This document shows positions 1-13,975 of a stretch of 64,000 bases of DNA, in pieces (position 1 is the first letter of the stretch; each line of letters starts with the position of its first letter). The notes beneath the pieces are model-generated. The model worked only from the letters and a program-made list of their open reading frames with translations, ran no database searches and was not told the DNA's origin. This DNA comes from Chrysomallon squamiferum (lineage: Eukaryota; Animalia; Mollusca). The stretch is taken from contig CM022674.1 of NCBI GenBank assembly GCA_012295275.1, positions 4,092,001-4,156,000 on the forward strand, read 5' to 3'. The translations under genes and the position numbers were made by a program.

Positions 1-20
1 TTTACATAAATAATTTTTAG

Positions 21-1235
21 TCTGCTGCTGATTTTGAATTGGAACAAATATTCCGAGCTGTTGTTTATGCTGAGGAACGAGGAAAACATTTGTCACTCAT
101 CGAAACTAGCAACTTCTTTGTGTCATTTACAAAACCATTTTGGAAAACGTCTGAAAAACTGGGATTGAAAAAGGATGGCCAACCACTCAACCTCTATCCT
201 CACGTTTTAGTCTTCAGAGTCTTTCTGAAGGAAGACAGTCCTTTGAAATTAAAAAAGCCTGATGGAGGGGAAGAAAGGAATAACTTAAATGATAATGAAG
301 ACGATGGAGTAGGACATACATCAGCAATTAGAAATTCACTTCCAAAAAATTCAGCGTCTTCTGATAAAAATTCAGTGCCGAAAAATTCAGCTTCTGCTGA
401 TACAGATTCAGTTCGGAAAAATTCAGGATCAAGTCAGAGAAACTCGGTGAGGGGACGCAAAAATTCAGTGTCACACCACAAAAATTCGGCATCAGCTGAC
501 AGAAATTCAGCTTCATGCCATAAAAAGTTAGTTTGTGGCCGTAGAAATTCATTTTGCAGAGAAAACGGTGTTGTATCTCCAGCAAAAAAATCTAAAATAT
601 CTAGAGATGTTTCAGAGTCACCAGGGACTGGTCATCAAACAGAAATGGGTGCTGCACAAAGCAGATTACAAAGATATGTACAGAGAAACCGAACGCTGCA
701 TACAACATGTAGTAAAAGAAAGCAGAATAAATCAAAAATAACTTGTCCTCAAGCTGTCAGGAAATCTCCACGATTTTATCCCGGTGAACAGACAAAATTG
801 ACGGAACAGGTTGGCCCTGATGCTGAAAATATCGAGGACGAGGAAGTGAAAGATGCACACACACCCCATCTGAAATCAAAAATGTCTACGAAACATAAGA
901 AGATTTTGCCAAATTCTAAATCAAAAGCCCGTCGTTCGAAATCGGTTTCGTCAGTGGAATCGAGAAATAATCAAACAAGAAAGACGAATAAGAATAATTC
1001 AAACAGCCAGTCTAGTAATAACAGTGCTTCAAGGAGCAAGAAAGCTGTTTTTATTTCTCAAGGCGATGGTGATTTGACTGAAGGACAAGGATGTGAAGAT
1101 AACATCAAAGTTCAGATGCTCGCAAGGTCCAGTCTGCCAAGAAGAAGTCCCAGACTACATCGACAAAGTTTTGGACTCTGGGGTTTCGTGGAAACTATAG
1201 CAACACCATTCAAACATCTGATTAAAAGAAAATAA
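21..1235 (+). CDS. Terminal coding exon of an unidentified gene (folded-looking N-terminal part, then long basic Ser-rich low-complexity tail)
   Basis: Acceptor ttttag at 15-20 opens a stop-free frame SAADFELEQIFRAVVYAEERG... ending TAA at 1233-1235. Base composition is coding-like versus the flanks. RKSPRF and RRSPRL motifs present. Family not recognised; upstream exons lie outside the window. Confidence 0.7.
   Translation, partial: SAADFELEQIFRAVVYAEERGKHLSLIETSNFFVSFTKPFWKTSEKLGLKKDGQPLNLYPHVLVFRVFLKEDSPLKLKKPDGGEERNNLNDNEDDGVGHTSAIRNSLPKNSASSDKNSVPKNSASADTDSVRKNSGSSQRNSVRGRKNSVSHHKNSASADRNSASCHKKLVCGRRNSFCRENGVVSPAKKSKISRDVSESPGTGHQTEMGAAQSRLQRYVQRNRTLHTTCSKRKQNKSKITCPQAVRKSPRFYPGEQTKLTEQVGPDAENIEDEEVKDAHTPHLKSKMSTKHKKILPNSKSKARRSKSVSSVESRNNQTRKTNKNNSNSQSSNNSASRSKKAVFISQGDGDLTEGQGCEDNIKVQMLARSSLPRRSPRLHRQSFGLWGFVETIATPFKHLIKRK
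329..556 (+). repeat. Coding tandem repeat, [KR]NS every 5 or 7 residues (core aaaaattcag)
   Basis: RNSLPKNSASSDKNSVPKNSASADTDSVRKNSGSSQRNSVRGRKNSVSHHKNSASADRNS...; about 12 degenerate units. Confidence 0.75.
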
Positions 1236-2898
1236 CTTCAACAGATGCTTTCAAAAAATATTAGTTTCAATATGTCATTTTTCTTGGGATTGTAAAGTGT
1301 ATTCATATATGTCTGTCTGTATGTTTTTGTTTGTATACAGTTTATTTCTCATGGTGAGTCTGTGTGCTAGTGTGTGCATTTATATGTTTTTGTGCATATA
1401 TGTATATGTATTTGTGTTTAATATTATGTATGTATGTATATGTATGTATGTATGTATTTGTATATTATGTATGTTTGTATGTATGTATGTATGTATGTAT
1501 GTATGTACATATATAGATGGGTGTTGTTAGTCATTTGAATGCTGCTATTTTGTTACTTCACAATCATCATACATACAAGGATCTAAGAGCACTATATTTC
1601 ATCATAACATCAAAAGAACCAAATTCTGAACACATCAGCTGTCCATTTAACTTCTGTCTGTGTCAAAAAGACAGAGCCAAGAAATTTTTTAAACAACTTT
1701 CTTTTATTATTCAATAAAATTAGATGGCAAAAATCAAAAGAAAAAAAAATTAACTTTGTAATAAGCAGAATATGTTTACATTATTTGTTCTTATTGACAG
1801 AAATATCCTTTAATGCTCAAATAAAATTTAGGAAAAAAGATTGAAAAAAAGACGATAGACTTGTACATTGTGAAGCAAAGTGGCAGAAATGGAAGAAATA
1901 CACATATATGTGGTTAAAAGTTTCATGGATTTTCAACACAAAATATTGTTGTGAAAATAATCAAAAGATTTGTTAAAACAACAATAATATATATTTTTTT
2001 TTTTTTTTTTGTCAGTTTCTTCTTGTCATTGGAATTACTAATTCTACAGTTTTACTTAAGTAATGATAGTTATTATTATTTAATATGTTTAATATTTACT
2101 TATGATCTTAATTCAATAGTCTTTGAATGTTACCAGTTATCCTAAAACATATAAATGTTTGACAATGATCATGTTTACTTGCCAAAAAAAGTTATTCGTG
2201 ATATATTTTGCTCTTTTCAGATATTGTTTTATGTTATTTACTGTTACATTTTATCAATAGAAAATAATATCTTTGACGGCAATTAATGTAACTATAAGAT
2301 TCACACGTTTGTTTTGCTTTTTAAGAGTTATTGTTGTTGTTCTTATTATTAATTTATTATTCTTATGTCTTCTAATCATATTGACAAAATATACAATTTT
2401 GCACCAGTTTTTTTTTTTCAGTTTCTAAAATTGTTATTGGTTTAATATTATTGGAAGGAATTCCCCACACTTCACTGTTTGGCCATTGTGGTGGTCAGTT
2501 TAGAAAATGCTAAAGTGTGTTTGGCCAGTGAAGTAAGTCCCAGTGAAATGTGATGAAAAGGTCCTATGCCAAAATAGTTAATGTATTCTTCTAGATGTTG
2601 TGATAAGAACATTCAGTGCCTTTTATTCCAAGTCAAAAAGGAGATTTAAAATTTTTAAAAATCCTACTTTTAATGCTTATGTATAATCTAAATGAATATA
2701 ATATATATTAAAGAAGAAAAAATAAAACTTCTAATGAGAAAAGAATATGTAATATATTAATATTTAGGCATGTATAATCTTTTTTATGTCTGAGGTTTAT
2801 TACATAACTAATAAATACATTTCAAAGAATGTCAGTTGTTTTCAAGTTTGATTGTTCAGTAAATGCAGTTTATTGTATGTTGAGGCAGGGGTCAGATG

Positions 2899-2940
<42 letters not shown>

Positions 2941-3061
2941 TTTATTTTTATCACAAGCAAAAAATAGTTTTAACATTTAAGACCAAAGTTAATGTGATTG
3001 TTTCCAGTTGTTGGTTTTTAATTATACATGTACTTACATTCTACATTAATATGTAGATGAG

Positions 3062-3102
<41 letters not shown>

Positions 3103-3624
3103 TATTTTTATATAAACAGTTCTATAAATTATTTATTTGGTATCAGTCAAGTGAAATGAAAAGGTAATTTTTTCCATTCCAAACATTACTCAGTGACCCA
3201 TTTATCAAATGCCCTGTTGTGCATCTGTGTAAAAGAACCCTTTCAGTTAAATGAAAAAAATGGTAACTCTTTAGTCACAGAGGATTTCTTTTCATTTATG
3301 ACTGTGCTCTTTATCCATATCAACAACACCACATAATCATAGATTTTAAATGTTTCAGATAACTTTTTAAAATAAAACATAACACTCTGCTATTTCTAAA
3401 GCAGTTGATTGAGAAAAAAAATATTTTATTTTTTTGAATTTATACTGTATAGGTACTTAAATACCAGCTCACATTAATGTAAAACAATTTACGTTTTTTG
3501 GTCATTGTTTGTTTTTTCTTGTTTTATTTTTTGTTTCTTTTTTTTATTTTTTGTTTCTTTTTTTTAAATATTGCATGGTTTGGTTGTAATGAACCTAATT
3601 ATGAATGCTTGTTTCTTTATTGTT

Positions 3625-3630
3625 AATAAA
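3625..3630 (+). promoter_or_regulatory. Candidate polyadenylation signal of the first gene
   Basis: AATAAA followed by T/GT-rich sequence, just before the CpG-containing region upstream of FARSB. Other AATAAA sites exist (e.g. about 1713). Confidence 0.3.
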
Positions 3631-3881
3631 TGTGTTTGTTAAAGTTTTATAATTATTATGTTTTATGTATCAACATATGCGCATATATGCACGCGTTGGA
3701 GTTGGAGCTTAAAGTTGGTGTATATGCGCATGTTTCGAATCGTTTGATGCAAATAATTATTAACCTAAATTAAACCTTTTTAAAGTATAAATAAATTATC
3801 AAATGTTTTTATCAATCGTTTTAATATGTAATTTTATTTTAAATTAATACCTCAGATATTATAAAATCAACCAAATATATT

Positions 3882-3933
<52 letters not shown>

Positions 3934-4141
3934 TTAAAATTTAATTTCAACTTGAACCGAATATTCTTCCGAAAATATCCGAACACAGCCGATAATTTCC
4001 CTTGCAGTGTGTAGAACCGGAAATGCTCTTCTAAGAAAAAACAACAAAAACTTGACACATATTTTCATCAGCGGCGTGAGCTTCTAAAAACCGTTTCATC
4101 TTTCAAAATAGAATAAATGAATTTCAGATAATATATTCGAC

Positions 4142-5024
4142 ATGCCTATAATAAGTGTCAAACGCGATGAACTGTTTAAATCTCTTGGGAAAACATACAG
4201 TAAGTAGAACTCGTGTAAAGATTGTACAATCCAACCCAGATGTTGGATGTATCAACTAAACTATCAATATGAATATCAGAATATCAATATGAATATTTAA
4301 TATCAGAAAATGAATATCAATATGAATATCACATTGTGATTGTGACATTATCGGTAACTAAGTATGAGTGTCAGTATCAGCCATCATGTACAAGTACTTC
4401 AGCTGATTGAATGACTGATCTGTGAGTGTGATCACAGTGATCAGTCAAAAATCAAATTAATTTTGTTAATAATTTTTGGGGATTTACATATAATTATAAA
4501 TTAATATTTGTAGTTATTTTCTTGTTTGAAAGAACTTCACTATTATTTTACTGTACTCTTAATATTTATCAAAATGCAAATAAGGAATACGGAATAGACT
4601 CGAAATAGTGCCTTGTTTCAGGGTTTTGTAGTTCATTAGCTGTGTTTTGTATCATGGAGTAGAGATACAAGCGCTAGCATGGGCATGAATAACTCATTTA
4701 ACAGAGAAATGTGTAATATTGTCAGCTAACTAGTCAGTATCATACAATTCATAGCAAAGGTGATTTGATTTGTGGTTGTGATAATAAATTTAAATTAAAC
4801 TGAAAATTGAAATCAACTCTACAAAAATAACAAAATAGTTATATTTAAAAAAACAAACAAAAAAAAGTACGAAATGGAATTATAAACATTAACAGCAACA
4901 AAAAATAAAGAGATATTTTATTTATTTTAATATTTTTCTAGGTGATGAGGAGTTTGATGAATTATGTTTCGAATTTGGAGTTGAACTTGACGAAGTGGTA
5001 AGTAGAAACAGAATAATAACAACA

Positions 5025-5076
<52 letters not shown>

Positions 5077-5481
5077 TTATAAAATACCAAGTAAAAGGGT
5101 GATTTAAAAAAATACAACAACAACAAAAATAATTAAAGAAGAAAGGACTGTAAGATCACTTCTGTTTATGACAAACAATCATACAATGTTTATTTTTTAA
5201 TTTTTTTTAAAATTTTAATTTTATTTTTTTAAGACATCAGAGAAGGAGCAGATTGAGCGAGAACAGGGTAAAGAAAAAGCTAAAGGTGCCTCGGACATTG
5301 TGGAGTACAAAATTGACATTCCTGCTAATCGGTACATCATCCACAATGCATTTTTTATTATCTTTTAAATTTTACAATTTTTAAATACTATCTTTTGTAA
5401 AATGTTGTGTTTTAATGTGCTTTAGTTCTTAAATGATTAATTTGTATGCATATGTTTGCAAATACCTGCTTGTAAACATAT

Positions 5482-5546
<65 letters not shown>

Positions 5547-6586
5547 CACACACACACACACCAAAACTGGCAACAAATTGTTGAAAATTATTATGCATGG
5601 GTGTTAAATATTCATTAAAATTTAAAAAAAAAACTTCTTAAATTCAAAATAAAATAGTTTCTATCATTTCATCTGAATAAAATGCTTTTGAGAACTTTCA
5701 GATTATTTAACTCTTTTCATCATACTGGAGGGAATTAAAAATTAAATGTAGTATTAATGTTTAGACTGACACATTGAGGAAATGACAATATATTTATATA
5801 AAAAATATTTATAAGATAATAAAAGTTAATTATTTACTCTTTTCATGATGTTCAAGGTAAATAAAAAATAATTACATATAATACTAATGATCCAGAATTG
5901 TTTAATTTTTGTTATTTATGAGATATTTATGTTAAATATTTATAATAATTAAAGTTAATTATAAAGCCATTATCTACTGTTATTTCATGTTTGACAATAA
6001 ATTAAATGTAATTTTTAAGATAAATTATATTTTAGGTATGACTTGTTGTGTTTGGAAGGTTTTGTCAGAGGGATGCAGGTCTTTCAGGAAAAGTGAGTAG
6101 CTGTTTTTGTTTTTATTAAATTAGGTAAATTCAATATTTTTATGGTTTAGTTGATACTTGTAAATCAGTAGATTTTTTTTATTTTTATTATGTTAGGTAA
6201 AACTAATATTTTTATGTTTTAGTTGATACTTGTAAATCAGTAGATGTTTTTACTTTTATTATATTAATTAAAAAATCATATTTTTGGTTTAGTTAAATAT
6301 CAACAATCAGTAGATGTTTTTTTATTGTATTAGGTAAATAACATATTTTTATGGTTTAGTTGATATTTAAATTTAATAATTAATGAATCATAATTGTTAA
6401 ATATCAACATTCTGACTACATTTGTTAGTGAAGTAAACAACACTGATTTGTATGAGTAATTTTAAATTTAATCATGATTATTATATCTTATTAACATATT
6501 ATTATTAGTAAATTTCTTCTGTGTTTCATTTTATTTTTTTATTTATCAGTAATATATTTATTACTATATATTTACAGTAACACACA

Positions 6587-6618
<32 letters not shown>

Positions 6619-6711
6619 TTATTGTTGATGTTACTACTACTGTTAATTTTTTTATCTTTTAATTTTTTTTTTAATTTGCTTACCAGCTTATTTAATAATT
6701 TCTTTTTTAGC

Positions 6712-6758
<47 letters not shown>

Positions 6759-7231
6759 CTTATTTATTTATTTAAGAATCAAAGCTCCAAGATATAAAAC
6801 AGTCTCACCATCAGATGGTCAAATGCAACAGCTGATTATACATCCTGCAGTAGGTTTTATCATTTTTTTCCTCAATATATAAAACCCTGTTTAATTAAAG
6901 AATAATTAGTCATTTTATTTATAATCAAGCCATTATCTCAATTTAACCTTTTCTCTTGAATTAAAATTTTTTTACTGCACTGCCATATAATAAATAAAAA
7001 ATGATTTTTAATTTTTTTAAATGTTTTCCTGATTTTTGTGCTTTTTCTATACACATCAAAATAGTTATGCTTTCAAAGGAATTAGTGTTTATCATTTTAA
7101 GCAAATGCATTTTGCTTTTTCATTTATTTTTTGATGTTTTTTAATTTTTAGACTGCTCAAGTCAGGCCCCATGCTGTTGCAGCAGTTTTGAGAAATATGC
7201 GATTCACACCAGTAAATATTTATAATGTCTA

Positions 7232-7270
<39 letters not shown>

Positions 7271-9385
7271 ATGATCTGTCTGACTGTGTCTATCTGTCTA
7301 TCTATCTGACTGTGTCTGTCTGTCTGTCTGTCTGTCTCTCTGTCTGTGTGTCTGTCTGTCTGTCTCTGTCTATCTATCCATCTATCTATCTATCTGTTTA
7401 TTTATGTGTGTGTATGTGTGTCTATATATATATTATTTTTATTATTTTTAAATTGCATTTTTAAACCAGTCACCCAGTAGAATATCTCATAAGAGGTAAT
7501 AATGAAATGAATAAATAACTATTAAAATAAAGAAATAATAATAAACAGAAATAATAAAAATAAATGAATAGGGAAAAGCATGTTCTTTGATTTTTATACA
7601 CAGATATTTGGAAAATCTTGGAAACGTTATAATAAAATGTTACCTCTTACTATGGCCAAATCATTGAAAGTTTTTATTGATGTATTTGTTTATTTAAGGA
7701 TAATTACCAGAGTTTCATTTCACTACAAGACAAACTTCATCAAAACATTGGCAGGTTTGTGAGAAATTTTGTATTTTTCCTTCTTACATATCATGCATGC
7801 AGTCATACAACTATACACAAAATACACACAGGCACAGTATATTTATATTCATATAGATAGTATGTGTGTGTATGTGAGAGTGAGAGAGAGAGAGGGACAG
7901 AGAGAAAGAGAAAGACAGACACACACACACACACACACAGAGACAGGAATTATTTTTTCTGAAACACTTCTACTCTTTCAGAACGTATATGAATACTTAC
8001 AAAATGTTTTCTCTCTCTCTCTCTCTCTCTCTGTTTCTTCCTCAGAAAAAGAAGTCTGGTTGCCATAGGAACTCATGACCTGGACAAAGTGAAAGGTCCA
8101 TTCATATACAATGCCAAACCACCTGGAGAAATCAAATTCAGACCCCTCGGTCAGACTCAGGAGTTCACCGCAGTGGAACTCATGAAGTTGTACTCAGTTA
8201 GTATTAGTCATTTTATATTTTAATAAGAAAACAAATACTACTACCACTACCACTACTATTTTTACTGCGATTGCTGCTGCTGCTACTACAACTACTACTA
8301 ATACATGCTACTGTTGCTGCAACAGCTATTGCTATTACTACTACTATTAGAACTAATACTACTAATGTTACTGCTTATGCTGTTGATGCTACTACTACTA
8401 CCGTGATTGCTATTAATACTACTATTACTACTACTGTTGCTGCTAGAACAGCTATTGCTATTACTACTACTACTATGTATTAATACTACTACTAATTCTA
8501 CTACTACTACTACTGTAAGAACTACTAATGCTGATTACTATTAATACTACTACTATTACTTCTACTACTACTACTGTAAGAACTACTTGTTGTTACTACT
8601 GTGATTACTACTACTACTATTAACTAACTAGTAATGCTACTACTACTGTGATTTCTATTAATACTACTATTATTACCTCTACTACTACTACTACTACTAT
8701 ACTTTGGTACTACTACTACTATTACTACTACTACTATTACTGCTAACAGTACTACTGTGACTGTTGCTGCTATTAAGATTACTATTATTAACATTAGAAT
8801 ACTATTTTTAACCACTACTACTATTGTGGTTGCTACTACTACTACTATTATTACTATTATTGATACAAGTACTACTGATACTAATCATGTTTCTGTCTAT
8901 ATATGAAGTTATACTCATTTTGTATAAGTCTGTTATTTTGTTATTACTACTACAACTATTAGTGCTATTAATAATGTGTGTGACTCTTTTGTGTTTGTGT
9001 CTACTTTTGCATATGTGAATGTATTTGTCTGTGTACGTGTTTGTTTTTAAAAAAATAATCATAGAATCGAAAAATGACAGTCAAAAAATCATTACTCAGA
9101 AGTTAAAAAAATTATTTTAAATAATTTGCTAGAGTGTCTTTGTATAAAAGATTTCCATCAAAAGCTTACTTTTTATTAATTTATATTTTAGACTGATAGC
9201 CATCTTCGAGCCTATCTGCCCATCATCCAGGACAAACCAGTCTATCCAGTGATCTATGATAAAGACGGGATTGTACTTTCTATGCCACCGATTATTAATG
9301 GTGCATAAACATGTTTTGATTTCACTTAATTTATCAACACGAGTAAATATATTTTGTCGCTTTCTCTTCAAAAGCTATTTCATTA

Positions 9386-9474
<89 letters not shown>

Positions 9475-12070
9475 CTCTCTGAATTCATATGTCTCTGTTT
9501 GGTTAGTCACTTATTTATTATGTTAATAATGTTCCCTGTAAACTTTATTCTTTTTTGTTTTTCATAATATGATTTTAAATATCTTTATTTATTTTTTTGC
9601 ATGTCAATCAAACCCACCATTATTACAATACATGTTTTAAACTCATGTAAAAATAAAAAAAAATAATTTTATTTCATAGGAGATCACACAAAAATTACCA
9701 TGGAAACAAAAAATGTTTTCATTGAAGCCACAGCAACCGATTTGCACAAAGCTAAAATTGTTCTTGACACCATAGTAACCATGTTCAGTGAATATTGTGC
9801 AGAACCATTTACGTAAGTTGTACCTTTTGCTCATTAAATTTCTTTATTTTTTTAGGTTTTTTTTTGTATTTTTTTTTTTTTATAATTGTTCTCAGCACAA
9901 TAGTAACCATATCCAGCTGAATTTTTCACATATGTTACACTTTTTTCTCAAAAAATGTCATTTATTTATTTTGTAATTTAAAAACAAAAAATGCTTAACT
10001 CTGCCTTTTATTTTATTTTAATCAGTATTTTAAAAATTATATTTCAGAGTAGAAAGTGTGGAAGTGATTAAACCCGATGGAACAAAATGTGTTTATCCTG
10101 TAAGTACTAGAAATATTTTAATAATTTGTTATTATAAATTATTATTTATTAAATGGTTTATTTTCTTGTGATATCAATGCCTTTCTTAATCTTCTTTTTT
10201 TTTTTTTTCAATATGCTAACAATCAAAAAAAAAAAAAAAAACATTTCTGCCCCCAAAAACAAACTCATATTTTATTTTACTGTTTTATAATTTTATGCAC
10301 TAAGTATAAATCTATTATATTACATAAAATTACTGGAATATTGTTTAGTTCAGAGCTGAAGACAATAAACTTGACCAAATACACATTTTTTGTTTTTTTT
10401 AAATTTCTAAGTATTATTTCGATATATATCAATGGAAGAAGAAAAACATTTTCCAGCCAGTAAAATACATCTGTGCCATTTGCCAAATTAATCTGCTTTG
10501 GACTGGAAAAGAAAAAAAATGGTCCTGTTGCTATGGAAACAGGGTGGGATAAATTATCTGATTTGACATCAATAAAAATAAATAATTGGCTGAAGCAAAA
10601 TTTTCAGAACTTACAAATAATAATTTTTTATTTTTTGTCTTTCTGCAGGAACTGCCTTACAGACATGAAGTAATCAGTGTAGCAGAAACTAATAAACGTG
10701 TGGGTATCAAGTGAGTATTAGTATATATTTGATATATATCTATCTATATACATTTCAAATCAAATATTAGCACTTGTATTTGCGTACAGACACAAACACA
10801 CACACACACACAGCTATACGTGTATAAAAACAACAAAAATACACTCGGATGGATGTAACAGCTATAGAGATGAAAATTTAATCGACAAATATTCACACAA
10901 TCTCAAAACATACCTCACTCTGACACCCAGACACACATAAATACATACACATATATACTGATGCATACAAATAGACAAAAACCCGAATAAACACACATGT
11001 AAAAAAAAAATATTAGTATATCAGTACTTCACATTCATATATTTATATAGAAAGACAGAGACATACAGACAGATAGATACATGGATAAATAAATTAAACA
11101 GGTAGATTGTGTGTGTGTGTGTTTGTTTGTTTGTGTGTGTGCATTTGTTTTGTTTGTGTGTGTGTACACATAGATGTAGATATACACATTCACATAGATA
11201 TAGATATATATACAGATAGATAGGATAGGATAGGAAAGATAGATAGACAGATACACAGAGAGACAGACAAATAACTAGTTATATAGACAAACATATATAT
11301 ATATATTCACATAGATATAGATATATAGACTAAATAGACATAGGCAGATAGATAGATTAGGTATGTCATTAGATATACAGACAGAGATGAGATAGATATC
11401 GATATACAGACTGGCATAGATAGATATATACTATTATATTACATACCACTACTTTTATTTCACATTCTGTTTTCTTCTTTGTTTTAGCATCACTGCAAAG
11501 AAAATGGCTGCCCTGCTTTCAAAGATGTGTTTGAACAGTGAAGTTGTAGACAAAGGAAAAAACTATTCAAGTAGAGATTCCACCTACCAGACATGATATC
11601 CTTTTTTATGTTGTAAAATAATGTGTGTGTGTGTGTGAATGTACAGTCTGTGTGTGACAACAACAACAACAACAACAACTACAACAATAGAAACAACAAC
11701 AATAATACAATTTTAAATTATTATTATTTTTTCCATGAAATATATAAAAAAAAATAAATATATATATGTATATTTAGAAGTCTGTAAAATATTTTACTGA
11801 TTAAAACAAAGCCATTAATAAAGTTAATTTGTGTGACTGTTTTAAAAATTAATTTCCTTATATATTTCTACATGTTATTCATGCTTGTGACATCTGGGAG
11901 GACGTTGCAATAGCATACGGTTTTAACAACATCGAGATGACAATACCCAAAACAAACTGCATAGCAAACCAGGTACAGTACTGTCCTACTTACTTAGAAA
12001 TTAATTAAAACAATAATTAAAAAAATTATGATGTAGTTGATGGTCATTTTTATCCTGCTAATGATGATGG

Positions 12071-12104
<34 letters not shown>

Positions 12105-13917
12105 AATTGTCAAAGAATAATAATCTGATAAAATAAATTAATTTTCATTTCACAGATCCTTTCAAATGTTGTTTTCTTATTATATTTTATTTTTTTTCCT
12201 TAGTTCAGTTGTTTGCTTACTAACTTTACAATATTGGATTGGAAATTTATTTATTTGTTAATTTTAATCTTTTATTATTTATATTTATTTTATTATACCA
12301 TATTTATATAGCACCCTTTCCATACTAAATACATTCAAGAGTGCTTTACAGTGTAAACTAATAAACTAAAATATAAAAAAGACATGGACATAAACATGTT
12401 AAAATAAATGTAAACATAATGGTAAACATGTTAAAATGGTGATTAAAAATAAATGAATCACTTTTAAAAATTGTTTACGGTAAATAATTAACTAGGCTGA
12501 AAATTTTAAAACTGCAAAAAATAAAACGTAAATTTAGGAGGTTGGAAGGACTTGTTATATTAGCAATAATATTTTTTTTATATATAATTTTTTTTTCAGT
12601 TTCCTCTAAACAAACTGACAGATTTATTAAGACAGGAAGTGGCTGCTGCAGGATTTACCGAAGTTCTCACATTTGCTCTGGTAACCAATAAATTTTCTTA
12701 AAATATTTATCTAAATATTTTATCATATTTATATAGTAGCATCCATTCTGAATATATAGCATCCTTTCTAAATATATATAGCAGTCCTTCTACAGGCAGT
12801 AAGTGTAGGAAGGTTGAGATAGTCCTGTGTGTTGCTTGTTTAACCCATTCATTTATCCTGAAGAAAGATTGTCCACTTCAGTGAACACTGTCAGTGTACT
12901 CTGATACTGCACCACATTTTGATGGAGTGTGATTATCTTGGGCTGATCCAGAAAGACATATTTGGTCAAATAAAGGTGATGGAATCATTTCAGTTCCATC
13001 CTGAACTTGTTTTAAAATGTTTGAGAGTTACGGAAATTTGCTGTAAATTTTGATTTAAATAAACTGAGATACTTTTATTTCTGCCCAGCACTTTACATTG
13101 TGTTTTGATTAATTTTGAATTTTTGTATATGAAGTAGCTGCCATTTTGTTATATTTACCTTTGTGTGACATCCAATAGTTGTTATGCTTTTCATGCTGGG
13201 GTGTCATTAAACATTCATTCATTCATTCATTCATTCATTCATTACTAAGTATATTCAAGGGAGCTTTGATATGTAAACGTAATAAAATATGTAAACGCAA
13301 TAAATATGAAAGAAAATAAATAATGAAATAAAGAGAAAATAATGAAATTTATAAATTACCATAATAATGAAATTTATAAATGATCATTATAACACACATA
13401 CACACACACACACATACACCACTTTGAAAGAAATTCCTTTTGTATTTTCTCATCAACAGTGTTCAAGAGATGACATTGCAGAAAAACTTGGAAGGAAAAT
13501 TGAACAGACAAATGCAGTACACATTGCTAATCCAAAAACTGCAGAGTTTCAGGTAAGAAATTTTACATGTTACATTGATTGAATGACCTGTGACTTAGGC
13601 GTTAACCTTACCCACCTGAGGCCTGAAGGATCGCAGGTTCTACACTTCTTACTCCTCCCTTCAGCTGTGAATATCCAGGCTGACAGTGGTCAGTTATATT
13701 TTCATTTACTTTTAAGTTTTTTAATTATGGACAGCTAATGTCAAAGTTAACATTTTATCTGATTGTCTAGCCTGAGTGTTTTCACAAGACATTGCGTTAT
13801 GGTATTTTTCAAAAACTGTGCCAGATCTCCTGTTTTCAGTCCAGCTTTATCCATTTCTATACTATTATTTTCTTATCTGTATATCTGTCTGTCTGTGTCT
13901 CTGTCTCTCTGTCTCTG

Positions 13918-13975
<58 letters not shown>

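Noticed and set aside
2465-2640. Stem acttcactg/cagtgaagt and a box C-like GTGATGA behind the first gene (snoRNA or SECIS?)
   Set aside because: No suitably placed box D, no SECIS core geometry, and the visible ORF has no in-frame TGA.
3062-3100. Poly(A) run as a retrocopy tail
   Set aside because: No element body or target-site duplication; long A/T runs are common throughout the window.
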